The notes under the pieces are model-generated. The model searched no databases. It was not told the origin of the DNA and saw only the letters and a program-made list of their open reading frames with translations. Of a stretch of DNA of 64,000 bases, positions 46,460 through 60,010 are shown piece after piece. This DNA is from Hydrolagus colliei (taxonomy: Eukaryota), in contig CM068755.1 in the NCBI GenBank assembly GCA_035084275.1, positions 11,656,001 through 11,720,000 of the forward strand, written 5' to 3'. How positions within the stretch are numbered: the stretch's first letter is position 1; each line of letters begins with the position of its first letter. Both the position numbers and the translations under genes were made by a program.

Positions 46460-47270
46460 CCTATTTTACTGCATATGTCGATATGCTCCTGTCATCCTAT
46501 TTGCACAATGGTTATACCATCCCAGCTGCTCTTCTCTAAGTCATGCACTTTCTTCCAGACTACCTGCTGAATCCTGGCATTTGCAGTCTTCATTTTGTCC
46601 GTCATGGAGCTCCTCAATGGAATAGGGCTTCTTTGCATTAGAGAGGGAGGATATATACCCACAAACACACACATACATACATATATCCAAGTTAAAACAC
46701 CCTGGCAAGGTTCCATTATAAATAACACCCACCATGATTCACACAGCCTTATCTGCAAAATAGTATGTTGTTCAGTTATTGTGCACCAGCAGCTCTGTAT
46801 TTTTACATATTTTATGAGATGGCTCATTAACTGCTCCAGAAGTGTGAAATATTCTTCGTCACTTTTTTTTAAAAGCCCTAACAAAGTTTGTCACCACACA
46901 AAAATAGAGGCACACTGAGGCCTATTGGAGTTCCATTAACACATTTGTTGAATAGGCTTTCCTTGATTTTTTTTGTTACATTTAATGAAGCCTTTCTAGC
47001 ACCTGTCTCCGTTCTGTAGTGGCTACTCTTCTGATGTTGGCTCACAAGGTGAGGAGTAGGTTGCCTGGGAATCCAGTCATTCAATTGCCTCTTTAATGCT
47101 ATAGTGTATGGTAAACCGTACAACTTCAAGTTGACCCCAGTGGTTGCCTCTATGAGATTGCAGAATTATACAAGTTGAGGACAAAAGTATTGTTGACTGC
47201 CACCTGAGTGCAGGGTTCACAGTATCAATGCAGATACTTTGTGGACAATGCGGCCCTTTTGTCACAAGTC
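46460..47270 (-). mobile_element. Fossil Tc1/mariner-superfamily transposase
   Basis: Across frames and in order: GQLEVVRFTIHYSIK (HTH-like), EEYFTLLEQLMSHL, PGCFNLD..CGYISSLSNAKKPYSIEELH (cf. PDLxPLDFFLWGYLKxxVYxxKPxTIEEL), ANARIQQVVWKKVHD. Confidence 0.6.
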
Positions 47271-47294
47271 TGCATTCTGAATCTCAGCCCCATT

Positions 47295-47658
47295 GTGGAG
47301 TCCTCTAGCTCAGTTGTTAGAGCACTCACCTTGCAAGCGGGAAGACCTGGGGTTCGATTCCCGGGCAGGGCGACACGTTAGGCAAGTTTCATCACTCCGC
47401 ATGCCACTGTATACCTAGCAGTAAGTAGGAACCCAGTTGTTAGTTGGATTGGCAGATCGCTTTCTGATCTTTTTTAAAAAAAAATCTTTGGTCACTCAAT
47501 CTACAACTGTTTGTAGGACACTGCTGTGCGCAATTGGCTGCTGTGTTTTGCCCACAAAATATACAGTCAATTCACTTTACAGATTGATACATGAAGAGAT
47601 TTGGGATGGCTTGAATTGATCCAAGTGCTATATCAAATGCAAGGATTAATATTATTAT
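47295..47658 (+). mobile_element. Full-length tRNA/Deu SINE, long variant
   Basis: Head, A and B boxes, an extra segment actgtatacctagcagtaagtaggaacccag.., Deu core and tail. Confidence 0.9.
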
Positions 47659-50443
47659 GCACTGGTCACATAATACCAGATACCTCATTCCTATCACCAG
47701 AGCCTGAAAATTGTGCTTCTCATCAATACTGGGTTGAGCTGAAATTAAATACTCCCTTTCTTTCTCTGTGCCTCTCAGCCGTGCAGTGCTGCCAGAGTCC
47801 CTGCTTAATTGACCTTTATCCCTCTCTTTATGTTAAATAGTTTAACTGCAGTCCCTTTGAATTGGAAACATTGAGTAGCGTTAAACCTGGACAATTCACT
47901 TGTTTGTATAATCTTCCAATTTTTCTATCCCTTTTCTGTGCAACATGGTCAATAAAATTAGCAAACCCAGGAATGTCGTGACCCTGTGATCTACTTACTA
48001 AATTAATATAATCCTCTGGACATATAAAGCCCTTACAGCCATGTCATTAAATGTCACAATAGTAGCTAACATTTTGACCTTTTTCTAAAGTGCCAACAAT
48101 TAAAATAGTATTAGAATTCCACAGAAGAAAGCGGCTCTTCGAAGCACCAGAACATCAAAACAGCATCAGTATCTTTTGTCGCTGTGCACACTGTGATTTT
48201 ATTGAATTATTGTGAAATGTGACATGGCGTGGAGTATAATAGTCCCATCAATTCATTTTCTTGCTTTTCCTAAATAAGATAACTCTCCCATAATGATGAT
48301 TTTTTTTCTGTTTGTCTGTGTGGGTATGTGAGTGAGTTTGTGAGCAGCGCTCAACATTGTGACAGATGAAATCTGTTTTTCCTCACTGGAACCAAATTCT
48401 TAAGAAGAAAGCAATAACTTCAGTACTGTACTGGTTTCCTTCAGTATTCCTACTCACAGATATGTGTCTGACCTTTGTAACACAGTCTAGCCACAGGACG
48501 CTTCTTTCGCATGCAGTCAGCGCAAAAACATAACTGCACTGTCTTTAAGTCAATGAATACTGAAGGGTAAGTGTGTTCTACTAGAATGAAGGACTTTGAT
48601 GATAGGTACTGGAATTCCTTGTTTAATTACAGAGACAACCTGACAAGTAAACACAACTGTGAGTTGCACATGGTTATTTTAGAATCACACTTTTGCTCTT
48701 TTCATACTTTACCTCTCCTCTCACACATATGAACTTAGCAAATGGAACACGATACACACTGAAAATTTTGAGGTTAATAATTCTTAAAAGTTAGCAAAAC
48801 GCTGACCCAAAGGGAAACAAATTAACGCAGCGTGATGCACCAAAAGGAATGTGTAGTGTGATGCATCACTGCTGCAGTGAAGTTGGAATTTTCTATATCG
48901 TTAGAGAAACATTGTACAGAAACAACTAAATAGATACTTGAAATGTCTTCACCATCAGTTCCAGATACGTTTTTATGAACTGTCTTGTTGAGAAAAAACT
49001 GTTGTACGTACAGTGTAGTAATTCACTAATAATACTGTCTAGAAGATAACTGGCAAATATTCAATTGGTACACGTATCGGTCTAGTCACTAGAAATGGTA
49101 AGTTCTGATGTAAATGTCTTGGTTATGGAGGTAGGAAAGTTATGCTGGGATTTGTTATGTCCCAGTTGGCTTATTATGTTCAGTTTGGAGTTTCCCAATA
49201 GAGGAAAGTTTTTTTTATTTGTGTTTTTTCTGTTTATCGATTTTATAAGCTACCAACTTCACTGATTTTGTGACTCTAAATCAATCGTTAACCAGCTAAA
49301 ACCGGCATCGTGCTGTGAGATATTTTGCTAAGATGATACAGTTTTTGGATAAAAATAGGATTCCATGTTATAAATAATCCAAATGTAGATGATTAAGTAC
49401 TCTATGGAACACTACACTTCCCGTTCTGTAGGATATTGAAATATTGGCTGTAGAATGCAGCTTCAAGGATGAATGTTATGTATTTGAATAGATTACCGGA
49501 CTTGAGGGAAAGTGGGAGTGGGAACAATTGGTAAATATTTCACAGCAGTTTTTTTTTCTATGTTTGTTTGCGCTTTGTTGCTTCCTTCGAAAACTTCACT
49601 GACCCACCTGGAGTGCACGCACAGATGAATCGCAACATGGACAAGTGAAATCATTTGACATGATGTGCAAAATGGCTTTTCTGCTTGTTCCCATAGTTGA
49701 TTTACATTACGATGCCATGCATCTTCAGTTTCTGTGTTAATCAGCACCCAGTGACCCATTTTCTCTCTTGTACACAAGTAGAAATTCAAGCCTTTCAAAC
49801 CAGATAGATTTATTTTAGAATCGATTCCTACCATAAGCTGCAAATTCCTGCCCTGTACAAGTACAGTGTGTAGAATATGAGTGTAATTGTTCTTGGCAGT
49901 TCAGCCTAGTGTTTTACTTTTTGCTATGGTGAAAGTTCTTGTGTTTATATTGAAATTCAGGGAAAGTCCTGGCAGTGATCTTGTGTGCTTGATGACCTCC
50001 CCAATCTTAACATTCTTAGCACATGATGTGTAACAAGTATGTCTCCTGTTTTTGGAAACCTTTTTTTTCAATACATGTCTGGTAAGAATAATTAAAATAC
50101 ACGGATGGATTCTGTGAAGGAACAAAACAGCCTCAACAGAAGTGTCCCTGGATAGTTTTCTAGTTGCTCACATTGTGAACCTTCACAGTCACTCATTATT
50201 GGTAAATGTTTCACCGACAGACACATTTACATGTTCACAATGGGTCAGAATAATCAACAACATTTCAAAATGTTTTCAACATTTGTGAAAAAAACCTTTG
50301 TAAAGTAGTATAAACTTGGGTTGGTGCTTTTTTTTTTGCAGTGAAGTGCGGTTCAGCGATAAATGTTTAATAAATGTTTCCACAAGTTGAAGCATGCTTT
50401 GAGTGGATGGGTTGAAGGAAAGTTGGGATCTGCATATGACATA

Positions 50444-50672
50444 AAACCATGGGCAAGTTTCCTTACTCCACAGACATAATAATCCCTTGAAATTAATTGG
50501 TCATTTCAATCCATTTGTGGGATACCTCTGTGTGCAATTGGCTGCCGCGTTTCGCTCACAAATATATACTCAATTCACTTTAGAGTATATTTTGTGAAGC
50601 ACTATGAGACATTTAGATTTTAGAAGATGTGAAAAGCAATATTATCAACTGCGAGGATTACTATTATTATTA
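50444..50672 (+). mobile_element. 5'-truncated tRNA/Deu SINE
   Basis: aaaccatgggcaagtttccttactcca, Deu core and tail. Confidence 0.9.
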
Positions 50673-50764
50673 ATTTAACTCCCAACACATTGCTCTCATC
50701 CTGGTTTGGTTGGTTGTGCGTTTGGTTTCAATTTTTTAAAAGTAGCTGGCTATGATTGTTGAAC

Positions 50765-50820
50765 TTGGAGAAATCTTGACGACATGATAAGGTACTATAT
50801 CAAATGCAAGGATTATTAGT
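50765..50820 (+). mobile_element. Short SINE/L2-type tail
   Basis: gacatgataaggtactatatcaaatgcaaggattatta. Confidence 0.8.
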
Positions 50821-52944
50821 GATAAAGTTCGCACATAACGTAAATTCTAATTGAATCACTGTGCACTAAACAATGGAAATAAACTTTTTCCATGGAATAT
50901 CAGGAGCATCTATATAAAGTGATTCAGGAAACACTGCAAACACAGATAGTATTGAATTAAAAGGAGTACAGAAGACGAGCGCATATTTATGTGTTTAAAT
51001 GGCATACGGCACTCTTGATTGCTGTGCTTTTGGTGCACAGTACTATAATACAAAGATCTTATTTGTCATGGAGAAATCTACCATCAAATACAATTATTTC
51101 AAATTAAATGCTACAGATCACATGAAATGAAATCAAAGCACAGGAAGTGATTGTTTAGCCTGTACTGGCAAAAACCTACTTCCTGCAATAAACATGCCTG
51201 TGGCTACCATTTGGCTCTAAAATCTGCTGTAGTGTGCATATTGTCGCGCAAAGAAACAGCTGCATTCATAGCACACCCACTAACTATCACTATTAAAATT
51301 GAACCAAAAACCATAGCCATTAGATTCAGAACATTTGGAATGCAGATCTGAATGGCCCACTTTTAATATATATTTTAGCAGCATAAAACATTTGCGTTCT
51401 TCACAATTAACATGTACGGAATATGCATCTGAATAAATACACTCGAAGAATAAAAAGTGCAGCCAGTGGCAATATGTACGTGGTGTTCAATAGGCTTCTA
51501 GATGTTCAAAGTGGACTTGCAGTCAAAGTATGATACAATTTGCATTTATATTGTGACTTTCATGTAGGGTGGGCATCTTTCACTCTATTGCTTCACAGTG
51601 CACACAATGTGACCTGCCCTCATATGTTCATTATTTGTTACCAGCATTAATGGGCCTTAGGGAAGTATAAAGGAAACTTACGAGGCACAAGGAGACAGGC
51701 TAAAGACGCTCTCCTTAGTCTATATAATTAATTGACCCACATCTTCTTTAATGTTTGTAATCATTTATTTATTCATCTGGCCACCGAATTTGTGGTATAA
51801 TTGTCAAAATTCATTATACAGAAGAAGAAATAGCAGTTTACGATTAGCCGCAAAGAATCTGCAAAGCAGATTAAATTAGTGGACCTGTTCTGTTACATTA
51901 GATGTATCAGAATTAAGAAATGGATAAGATATGGTCTGCAAGCAGAGTTCAAATGGTTTGGAGTGTAATGTAGGTACTGTATAAGCTACTGTCAGTCAAT
52001 ATCACCGAAGTATGCATGTCTTGTGCTGCTGGCAGCTTTGGCCCAGCCGGTTATACAGTATTGTTACTTACATATTTAGAACTTTTGTTTGGCAGATGAC
52101 AAAGACTGAAACACCATCTTCTAATTTCAGACTAAATCCATAAAACAGCCATTAAAGTCATGTAAATCAAGTGAACAATACCGTATCGTGGGACAATAGA
52201 GTGAAAGTTTGTCATATTACAGATGCATTTTCATTGCTTAGGTTTTTATAGGTAGTGATTGAAGTGTAATCCTTTTACAATGGCCCACTAGATGTTTGCC
52301 ATCTGTTGTGTTCTTAGCCTGTACGTTAGTACTTTATATGTTATTGCTTTGTCTGGACATACCAAGTCATGTGGAGGAGGAAAACTCTGGAAGCGCAAGA
52401 GTAGATCCTCCCACTGCACACTACATTTTTACAGATCTTGTTTAGAATTGCTCTACTTAAGAGCGTTGATAACATTAGCTTGTAAAAGCTAGTATTCATG
52501 ACTTGTTGGTATGCAGGATTCAGGGGCTGTGGTCAGTGGTATAGTGTCTCTCTTTTTCTACCACCCTGTGCGACATCAGCTCATCACTATCTTTGCTCTT
52601 CTATTCTACCTGACAAGCAATTTGAATACTTACCCATTGAGTGGACTTTCAAAATGACAGAGGGGAAATGAGAGGTGATTTCCCCATCGCATGGATATTA
52701 TGTTTTTAGAAGTGACTTCAGTGTCAGGAATGCAGCATTTTCTAAAAGCAACGGCTTTAGTTGCCACTTGAGGAAGAAGAAGTCACTCAAAAAGCAAATC
52801 TGTACTCGGGGCAAATCACTTGATGTCATGAAATAGAGATGCTTCTGGACAACCAAGATAATATGCAGCAAATAACATCTACCAAACATCCTACACAGCT
52901 AGTCTATCTCAGATGTCAGCCTTTTCTTGCTTTTCATGTTCATT

Positions 52945-53140
52945 TGGAAGCAACTCTTGCTTCTGAGTTGGAAGGTTGGAAGCACCACTTGAACACTCCA
53001 ATGCAATGTTGGGGGAGTGCTGCAGTCAGAGGTGCCATCCTTAGGATGAAACATTACACTACCGCATCTTAGAGCACTTAAAATCCTGAGGCAGTTTGAG
53101 ATGTTTTGAGGTCGTGATAAGACAACAAATGAAAGGATCA
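52945..53140 (+). mobile_element. Ancient SacSINE1-like relic with tail
   Basis: actcttgcttctgagttggaaggttg..cactccaatgcaatgttgggggagtgctgcagtcagaggtgccatcc..tttgagatgttttgaggtcgtgataag. Confidence 0.65.
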
Positions 53141-55959
53141 GTTGTTTTTTGTATTGTCAAGAGATCAAGGCACTGAAATTGCTGCTTAAGGTCACTGAAG
53201 GAAGGAGTCATTACACCTCAGACCTACAGATGCAATGGTCTTCGTGAAAGCCAATAATTTTTTTTAAGGAAATGAGGAAAGACTCTCCGAATATCTCCAC
53301 TTGTGTCTGCCTCAGTTTGTGTTAGTGAAAACACCAAACTTTGTGTAATCTGAACTGAACACGTAACCTTAACCACCTTCATCCCTGCTTGTGATACAAA
53401 GATATTTAATGAAAAAGACAGTCCTTATAGCATGTGATTTTACTATATCTTGTCTGATTATGATCTAGTAGAGTCTAATAAAGTCAGTTATAAGTTCCTC
53501 AATGGACTTTGGGAAAGCTTCAGTGGGGACTAGGGAACATGTTTACCATAATGAAAGGCTTGTAATGATAGTCTTTGACTATGTTCTTTTTAATAATAGC
53601 TTGGTTTCATTATATTTTATATGTAAGTAGAGTCGCAGTATTGGATAATGCTTATTTATGCTTCCTTTAATAAAGTCTTCCCATTGTCGCACTGGGCTAC
53701 TTTGTCAGTGTTTGTTCATGTTAAAATAACACAGCTTTTAAATACCCTGAAGTCATGAGAATTCATATATGCACTTCTTGGGATGTGTCATGTTAATCTC
53801 TACGTGCATTATACAGAAATAAAATTCTGAATAGCAGCTTTACCTTAGCCTGTTGAAGAAAATAAACACAGAGTAAACTTCAAAAAATTCAGTAAACTCT
53901 TGAATTGTAAAGACAACTCAAATGTAGAAAACAACTAGAAGTTGTGCCTTTTTTTTCTCTTTACAAAAATGAAGAAAAGGGATCATTTTTATATTTGGAT
54001 ACCAAGCAAAATTCCCCTTTTGCAAGTAATCATGTATTCTGGAAACAGTGAGAGTCCAGATTTATTACATTTACAGTCGAGGGAAGCATGACCAGTGTAA
54101 AGTTATCTTATTAGCAGTATAGAACTTGAGATGCAGAAATTCTGGAAAATATGTGGGTGGTGGTAATTCTAATGAATGCTCCAATTTCTTATGGTTAGTG
54201 GTATTAATGGCTAAATACCAAGTCAAGCAATTTATTTTTTTAAAAAGTGCTAAATGCAGGACTTCATCTGAAACCTGCAGTCGTAATACTTCATCAGTTT
54301 GACTGGTGATTGACGCAAGTTTGGCTTTTGAGGCCATTCTGCATAGTTGCAACAACCAGGTGTGTATTTGAACATGACAAAGAATGCATCTCACAAAACC
54401 ATCTGAAACTATAATGGGGGCACTGTGTTACCTCAGCTTTCTCACAAAATATTTACAAATAGAAGCAGTAAAGAGCCTTCATAAAGAGAGAGTTAAAACT
54501 TAAGAAGCCTATTGTCACTGAATGAAATTGACGTCACACAAGCGAACATGTTAACCAAAGCAGTTCAAATACTGTGTTGATGTAGAAAGGAGCAATAGCT
54601 GAACAGGCATCACAAAATGTGCACAAACATATTTTGCAGTCCAATAATGAATGACAGTGTTATGGTTTGTTTGTCAGAATGGAATGGATGGATCAGGTCC
54701 CTCAGCTCCCTTATAGCTTAACCAGCCTTGACTTGCATTGTGGTGACACGCATCTGCTGACTCGAAGTATCGGCGTGTTAAGCTTCAGGCTGACTGGTGG
54801 GCCATGCTTAAAAGACTTTTGGCATGTGCTGGTGCCTGCATTTTTCACCCTTGACTGAAAGCATATGCTCTACACAATTGAGACAGTGTTAGTGTGTAGG
54901 TCCTCCACAGTTTCCTACACATCTGGCATAGCTTGGCCCTGCTTCCAGGTGAATCATTTCTCCTGGGAGGGTGACTTGCAGCTCTGTGGCATCTGCAGGG
55001 AATGGCGTGAGTGGCAGGAAGTGTCTGAGTCCCTCTGAGGGCGAATTTTGTCTACACATGCTTTTCCAATTTCATCAGACATTCGTAATACATTCTAAGT
55101 GACATGGTTTAATCAAGCATAAATGAACTAGAGGCCGATTGATAAAAATTGCCTCTGACCCTTAAAGTTTCATGTCATGGGCACAAAAAGGTAATTAGGA
55201 TTTCAGATCAAAATTTGCTTCAGTAGCTTAATACTGTGGTATGTGGTATATATTAAGTGGGCATTTTGGGTCGACCAAATCATTAAGAAATCAAATAACT
55301 TTTTTTTCTGATTCTGGAGAAGAGGTCAATATTAATAATACAGATTTAATACAGATACAGTTTCAAGTAACTTTCATTGTTTGACTGGGTGACTGACTTG
55401 GGCAATGATTCGGTACAGGAACATTTTTCCAGGATGAAAAATTCATCTTTTCATACAATATCAGTCCGTTTGAGACAGTTTTAATCCAGATGTTAGCTTG
55501 TGTGCAGTAATGTGAAATTAAGTTGAAGAAGATTTGGAGCCAAAATGTCATTCTGAGCTCAATTCTGATGACCTGTCTCCTTTGTCTTACGGGGAGAGGA
55601 AAGGAGAAAAACAAGCGATACAGCTGAAGTTAGCAGTAATAAACTGGATTACAAGGTGTGCATGAATGGTTCTTCTATGGACGGATTTAAAATTGATTTT
55701 GGTTACAGCTGTGAATACTTCTGCACTGTTGGCAGCACTACTGACAACTGTAGTCTGTTTTATTATTTATTACTAATACCGGTATTTGGAGTGTCTTTAA
55801 TGTGGTTCGTTGTCCATCCAGAGTCTATGGAATTTACATGACTGCAGATCTAAGATAGTTCACTTATCTGGGTACAAGAGTGAAACAGCAGTGTGCTGAT
55901 GTTTTGTCAGTTCATTGCTATCACCTATTCTCTGGAGTTATACGGCAGAGATGACTGTG

Positions 55960-56260
55960 CAATAGATTAAAATAGTATCTGTTTTCATCTCTGTGATCAA
56001 GGATCAAATCCAGCCAAGATTGATGGTATGAAAGTCTATCTGGATGTTGGAAGTCCTAAGTGAACTTAAATTTATAATTCCTAGTGGACATAATTTTATA
56101 GTAGAAAACACTGCCAATGATTAGTAAATTGGTTTACAATTGACCTCCAGCTCACTCACAGAAGCTATAACTCTCCAGCTCTCGTGGGAAATGGAAATGT
56201 CATCCTGAAAAGGGGCGCTGTTCTCTGTCGAACAAAGAGATGTTTCCTGGATCATAAATT
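55960..56260 (+). mobile_element. LF-SINE-like ancient SINE
   Basis: tttcatctct..tcaaatccagccaag..gaaagt..ttcctagtggaca..aaaacactgcc..aattgg, colinear with the LF-SINE consensus as recalled. Confidence 0.6.
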
Positions 56261-56844
56261 GTCACTGGAATACATTCACTGATCTATTGTTAAATTTGCT
56301 GGTCTCAATCTAGCAAACCATTGTTCAATTTGAGCTGTACACACTGCAGTCATCTCTTTGTGTATGTGTGTACATTTGTTACAAGTAACCACTAAGATTT
56401 CCTCTTTAACGATGGAAGGGAACAAACATACCGTGCTGGGGGCTGATCCAAACAAGCAAATCACCCCCTTTGTCTTCGATCTCACAGGTCACTGATGGTT
56501 TGTAGAAAAATATTTTGCTGCATATCATGGACTTCCAATTTCTTATGTTGTAAAGTTACTCTGTTATTGGAATTTGCCTTAGTTGATTGTTATTCCTTAT
56601 AAATATGACCCTGAAGAACTGCATCCAGGCTAAAAATGGACCTCTTCCAAGGTCCACACATACTGAAATGAATCAAAAATTTGTAACATTTCACCTGTAT
56701 CTTGTGTCCCATATCTCATTGAGGTTCTGCAGAGGCAGAATGCTAAAACTATCATCACATCTCACTGGTCAGAGCATTGTTTAAGTAGATCAGTGGACCA
56801 CACATGTATCCAGGCAAGACCCAGAGCAACACATAGCAAAATGA

Positions 56845-57281
56845 AACGCCGAAATTTGCAAATATACAGTTAATTCGCTCCACAGCATATTCTGTAAAGC
56901 GCTTTGAGATGTCTCAAAGATATGATAAGGCACATCCCATAGCTCAGTGGTTAGACCACACACCTTACAAGCGAGAGAACTGGGTTTAATTCCAGACCGG
57001 GCGAAACCTTGGGTAAGTTTCCTTACTCCACACGCCTAATAATCATCCCTCCCAAAAAAACAATAATAAATTGGTAATTTCAATCCACGACTGTTTGTGG
57101 GACACTGTTGTGTGCAATTGACTGCTGCGTTTTGCCCACATACATAGTCAATTATCTGTACAGTATATTCTGTGAAGCACTTTGAGATATCTAGATGTTA
57201 TGAAAAGCGTTATTATATCAAATGCAAGTCAAAAGGATCATTATATTTTTTATTATATCAAATGCTAGTATTATTATTATT
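56845..57281 (+). mobile_element. Outer SINE tail (56845-56933 and 57254-57281) interrupted by a younger SINE
   Basis: gatatgataaggcac | tatatcaaatgctagtattattatt rejoin to the family tail. Confidence 0.78.
56934..57252 (+). mobile_element. Near full-length tRNA/Deu SINE (nested)
   Basis: tagctcagtggttaga..gcgaaaccttgggtaagtttccttactcc, Deu core and tail. Confidence 0.9.
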
Positions 57282-57642
57282 AACAAGCCTGAAACAGATT
57301 CTCCAAGATTGTTGTTCTTAACACTGTTCATCATAATTGTTGTCAACGTCAGATGGGTTGGCTGACTGTGGCAAGTAGGTAATTTTGCCACACCCCTTTC
57401 TTGAGTGGAATAGTCTCGATTAAACCCCCTCAACTCTTGCTGGGATCTGTCAACTGAGTACCAGGCCAGATGAGGCCCAGGATTTGGGTGTGTACATCTA
57501 GCAGCTTGCAACTTTTTTTTACGAACCCTGTACAAGGCATGAAATCAAAATGAAACTCTTATCATGCCTGAGGAGTTCATGATGTTGTAAGCCTGATAGT
57601 TAGCATCTACGAAAGCTTGTCGTTTTTAGTATAGGGTAATAT

Positions 57643-57692
57643 ACTAAATATAGTATATAAATATAAATATTTATATTTATAACTAAATATAG
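57643..57692. repeat. 26-bp perfect palindrome flanked by 11-bp direct repeats
   Basis: actaaatatag-ta-tataaatataaatatttatatttata-actaaatatag. Confidence 0.88.
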
Positions 57693-58294
57693 CTGTTGAA
57701 ATAAAAGTAGTAATTAATATTGCGATTAATAATAATTTGGGGATTTAAAAAAATATATACCCAGAGTGTTTTCTTTTACTGGTACATTTCCAGTGTGAAG
57801 TGTTTTACTCTGCAAGCGATCCTCCATAATCAGCAAACCAAAGGTTCAGTTAATCCCACAAACTTTTCATTTATCGTCTCCAATTCCAGAGGAGCGGTGT
57901 CCTGATGTTGCACAGCACTCGATTTAACAACCAGACACACAATTCCTCCCACTGGAACCACAATGGGATTGCCAGGCAAATGCTAGGATTTGAACTCCGA
58001 ATATTTGTGACTGCTAAACGTATTGAGCAACATAAGCATAAAATTGCCATTGAAATGTTTTAATTATTTCCAGTTAGAAGTATTTGTTTTCCAAAAGACC
58101 AGACAAATAGGTTTTCCTCATGTGTGGGATGACCACAGAGAGCAAGCATTGCCACTGAAATACATTAACTGCTTCCATCATTGTTTTAGTGAGTGATTTT
58201 GAACAGCTGTAGGTCATGCAGGGGAGGATGATTTCATTTAAACATTTCAGATTTGTTGTATTTCCTAGGAATGTCAAAAGAATACATCTTGTAT

Positions 58295-58408
58295 ATTTCA
58301 CCCACAAAATATACAGTCAATTCACTTTACAGTATATTCTGTGATGCACTATGAGATGTCTTGAAGACGTGAAAGTCGCTATATGAAAATCAAGGATTAT
58401 TATTATCA
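58295..58408 (+). mobile_element. tRNA/Deu SINE 3' tail
   Basis: cccacaaaatatacagtcaattcactttacagtatattctgtga..caaggattattatta. Confidence 0.88.
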
Positions 58409-59669
58409 TCCTTATATACGTTGGAAATGCAATTCTGCGAAAAACAATATCTGTTTTAAGGCATTATGCAGAGAATCATTTACCATTTTCCATCTTGAAA
58501 CATGAATTTGGTATTCGGATTAATGCAACCCAATTATGGGCTACTTATGAAATGCTTTATTGAGCTGATGAATTGTTTATCTTTGTTCAAAGAGTTGCCA
58601 TTAGAAAGCTGCCTTTTGAGTTCTGTTTTTGTTTGATAATGTGCAGAATGTGAATGGGCGTACGAATTGGTAAATTAGGGTAAACGCAGAGAATAGTGTG
58701 GTTAATAACGATCCATGATGCAATCATTCTGTAACTGATGCTGCCTGAGCACTGGTGGTAACTGTAGAAGGCGATGTAGCTTTCTTTTAAACCTGAACAT
58801 AACATCTCCTAAGAATCGAGATAAATGCAATTATGTACACTTCAAAATCAAAATGAAATTGCATATTACGCCTGGAAAGTCGATGATGTGGTGAGATGGT
58901 TTAGTGCTGTAATCTTTGACTGGTCGTTACTTTGGGAATGGACTAATACTGGTATGTTCACTGCAATTAAACCAAATAGTATTAATAATTCATTTTAATA
59001 CTAAACATAGTCATCTTTATCCCATGGAATGTCTGTCTGGAAAAACATAGGTAAACCACTAACCAAGAAAAGTTTCTGTGTTAAACTTTGTTCATTGCTG
59101 AGAGTAGTTATCTTTTGTTGTGTTTGGATGAATGTACTTGTGTTAAGTAGAATCACATATTTCATTGATTGAAAATCAGCTTGTCTTAAAAGAAACTTAA
59201 GACGTTACATGTCAACAAGTTTCTTCATTCTACTGTAAAAGAAAACTTCTCTGCTTCCGCAATTAGAGGCTCTTAGATGAAGACCAGTTGAAAATTCTGA
59301 ATAGTACCTGTACATTAAATACTATGCAGACTTTCATCCCCTTGAGCACTGGAATCCATTTCCCCACCTTCTAGCCCACATTATTTTCTAACGCTCAATA
59401 TTAACAGGGGAAATGTACCATTTATAAAAAAAAACTTGGCAAGGTTGTGTCAGTAAACTACTTAAACTTCACACTGGTGAGAAATGTGACCAACCTCAGG
59501 AGCAGTAACTTTAGCGGAATGTGCTAGGAATGGGGGTTCCTATAAATGTAGCAATACTTGGTATTAATTAGCACATGTGTTACGTACCATGCAAAAAAAA
59601 TTGTGCAGTACTCAGATTTCAAATTAATCGATTCCTAAATTTGTTAAAATATAACCCATAAACATTCTA

Positions 59670-60010
59670 CGCTTATAAATTCACGACTGGGAAAGGCATT
59701 CCCTTCGGTAGTAGCAAATAGAGAGCTTAGCACTGCAGTATTCCTGAAGTCCCTTCTTTTCGCCCCCTTCATTAGGAAGCTGTTGATGGGAGCTGTCATT
59801 TGGCAGCTGAAAAGCCCATAGCTCACAGACAATCCACCTGGTTTGGCAGAAGGCTGAGCCGGGCTCCCAGCACACAGAGCTTGCTCCAGCTCTTTGATGT
59901 AAGAACGGAGGCCTGACAAACCTTGTGACAGGTTTGTCCAGGGGGCTTACAGAGCAACATCAGAGAACATGAAAGTGGGTTGCCTTAATTAATCATCAAT
60001 CACACAAAAT
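59670..60010. promoter_or_regulatory. Candidate intronic conserved enhancer
   Basis: Repeat-free, GC-elevated block with TGTCA/TGACA (TALE), CAGCTG and CACCTG E-boxes, CTTTGAT (TCF/LEF), TAATTA and ATCAATCA (PBX-type). Confidence 0.4.
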
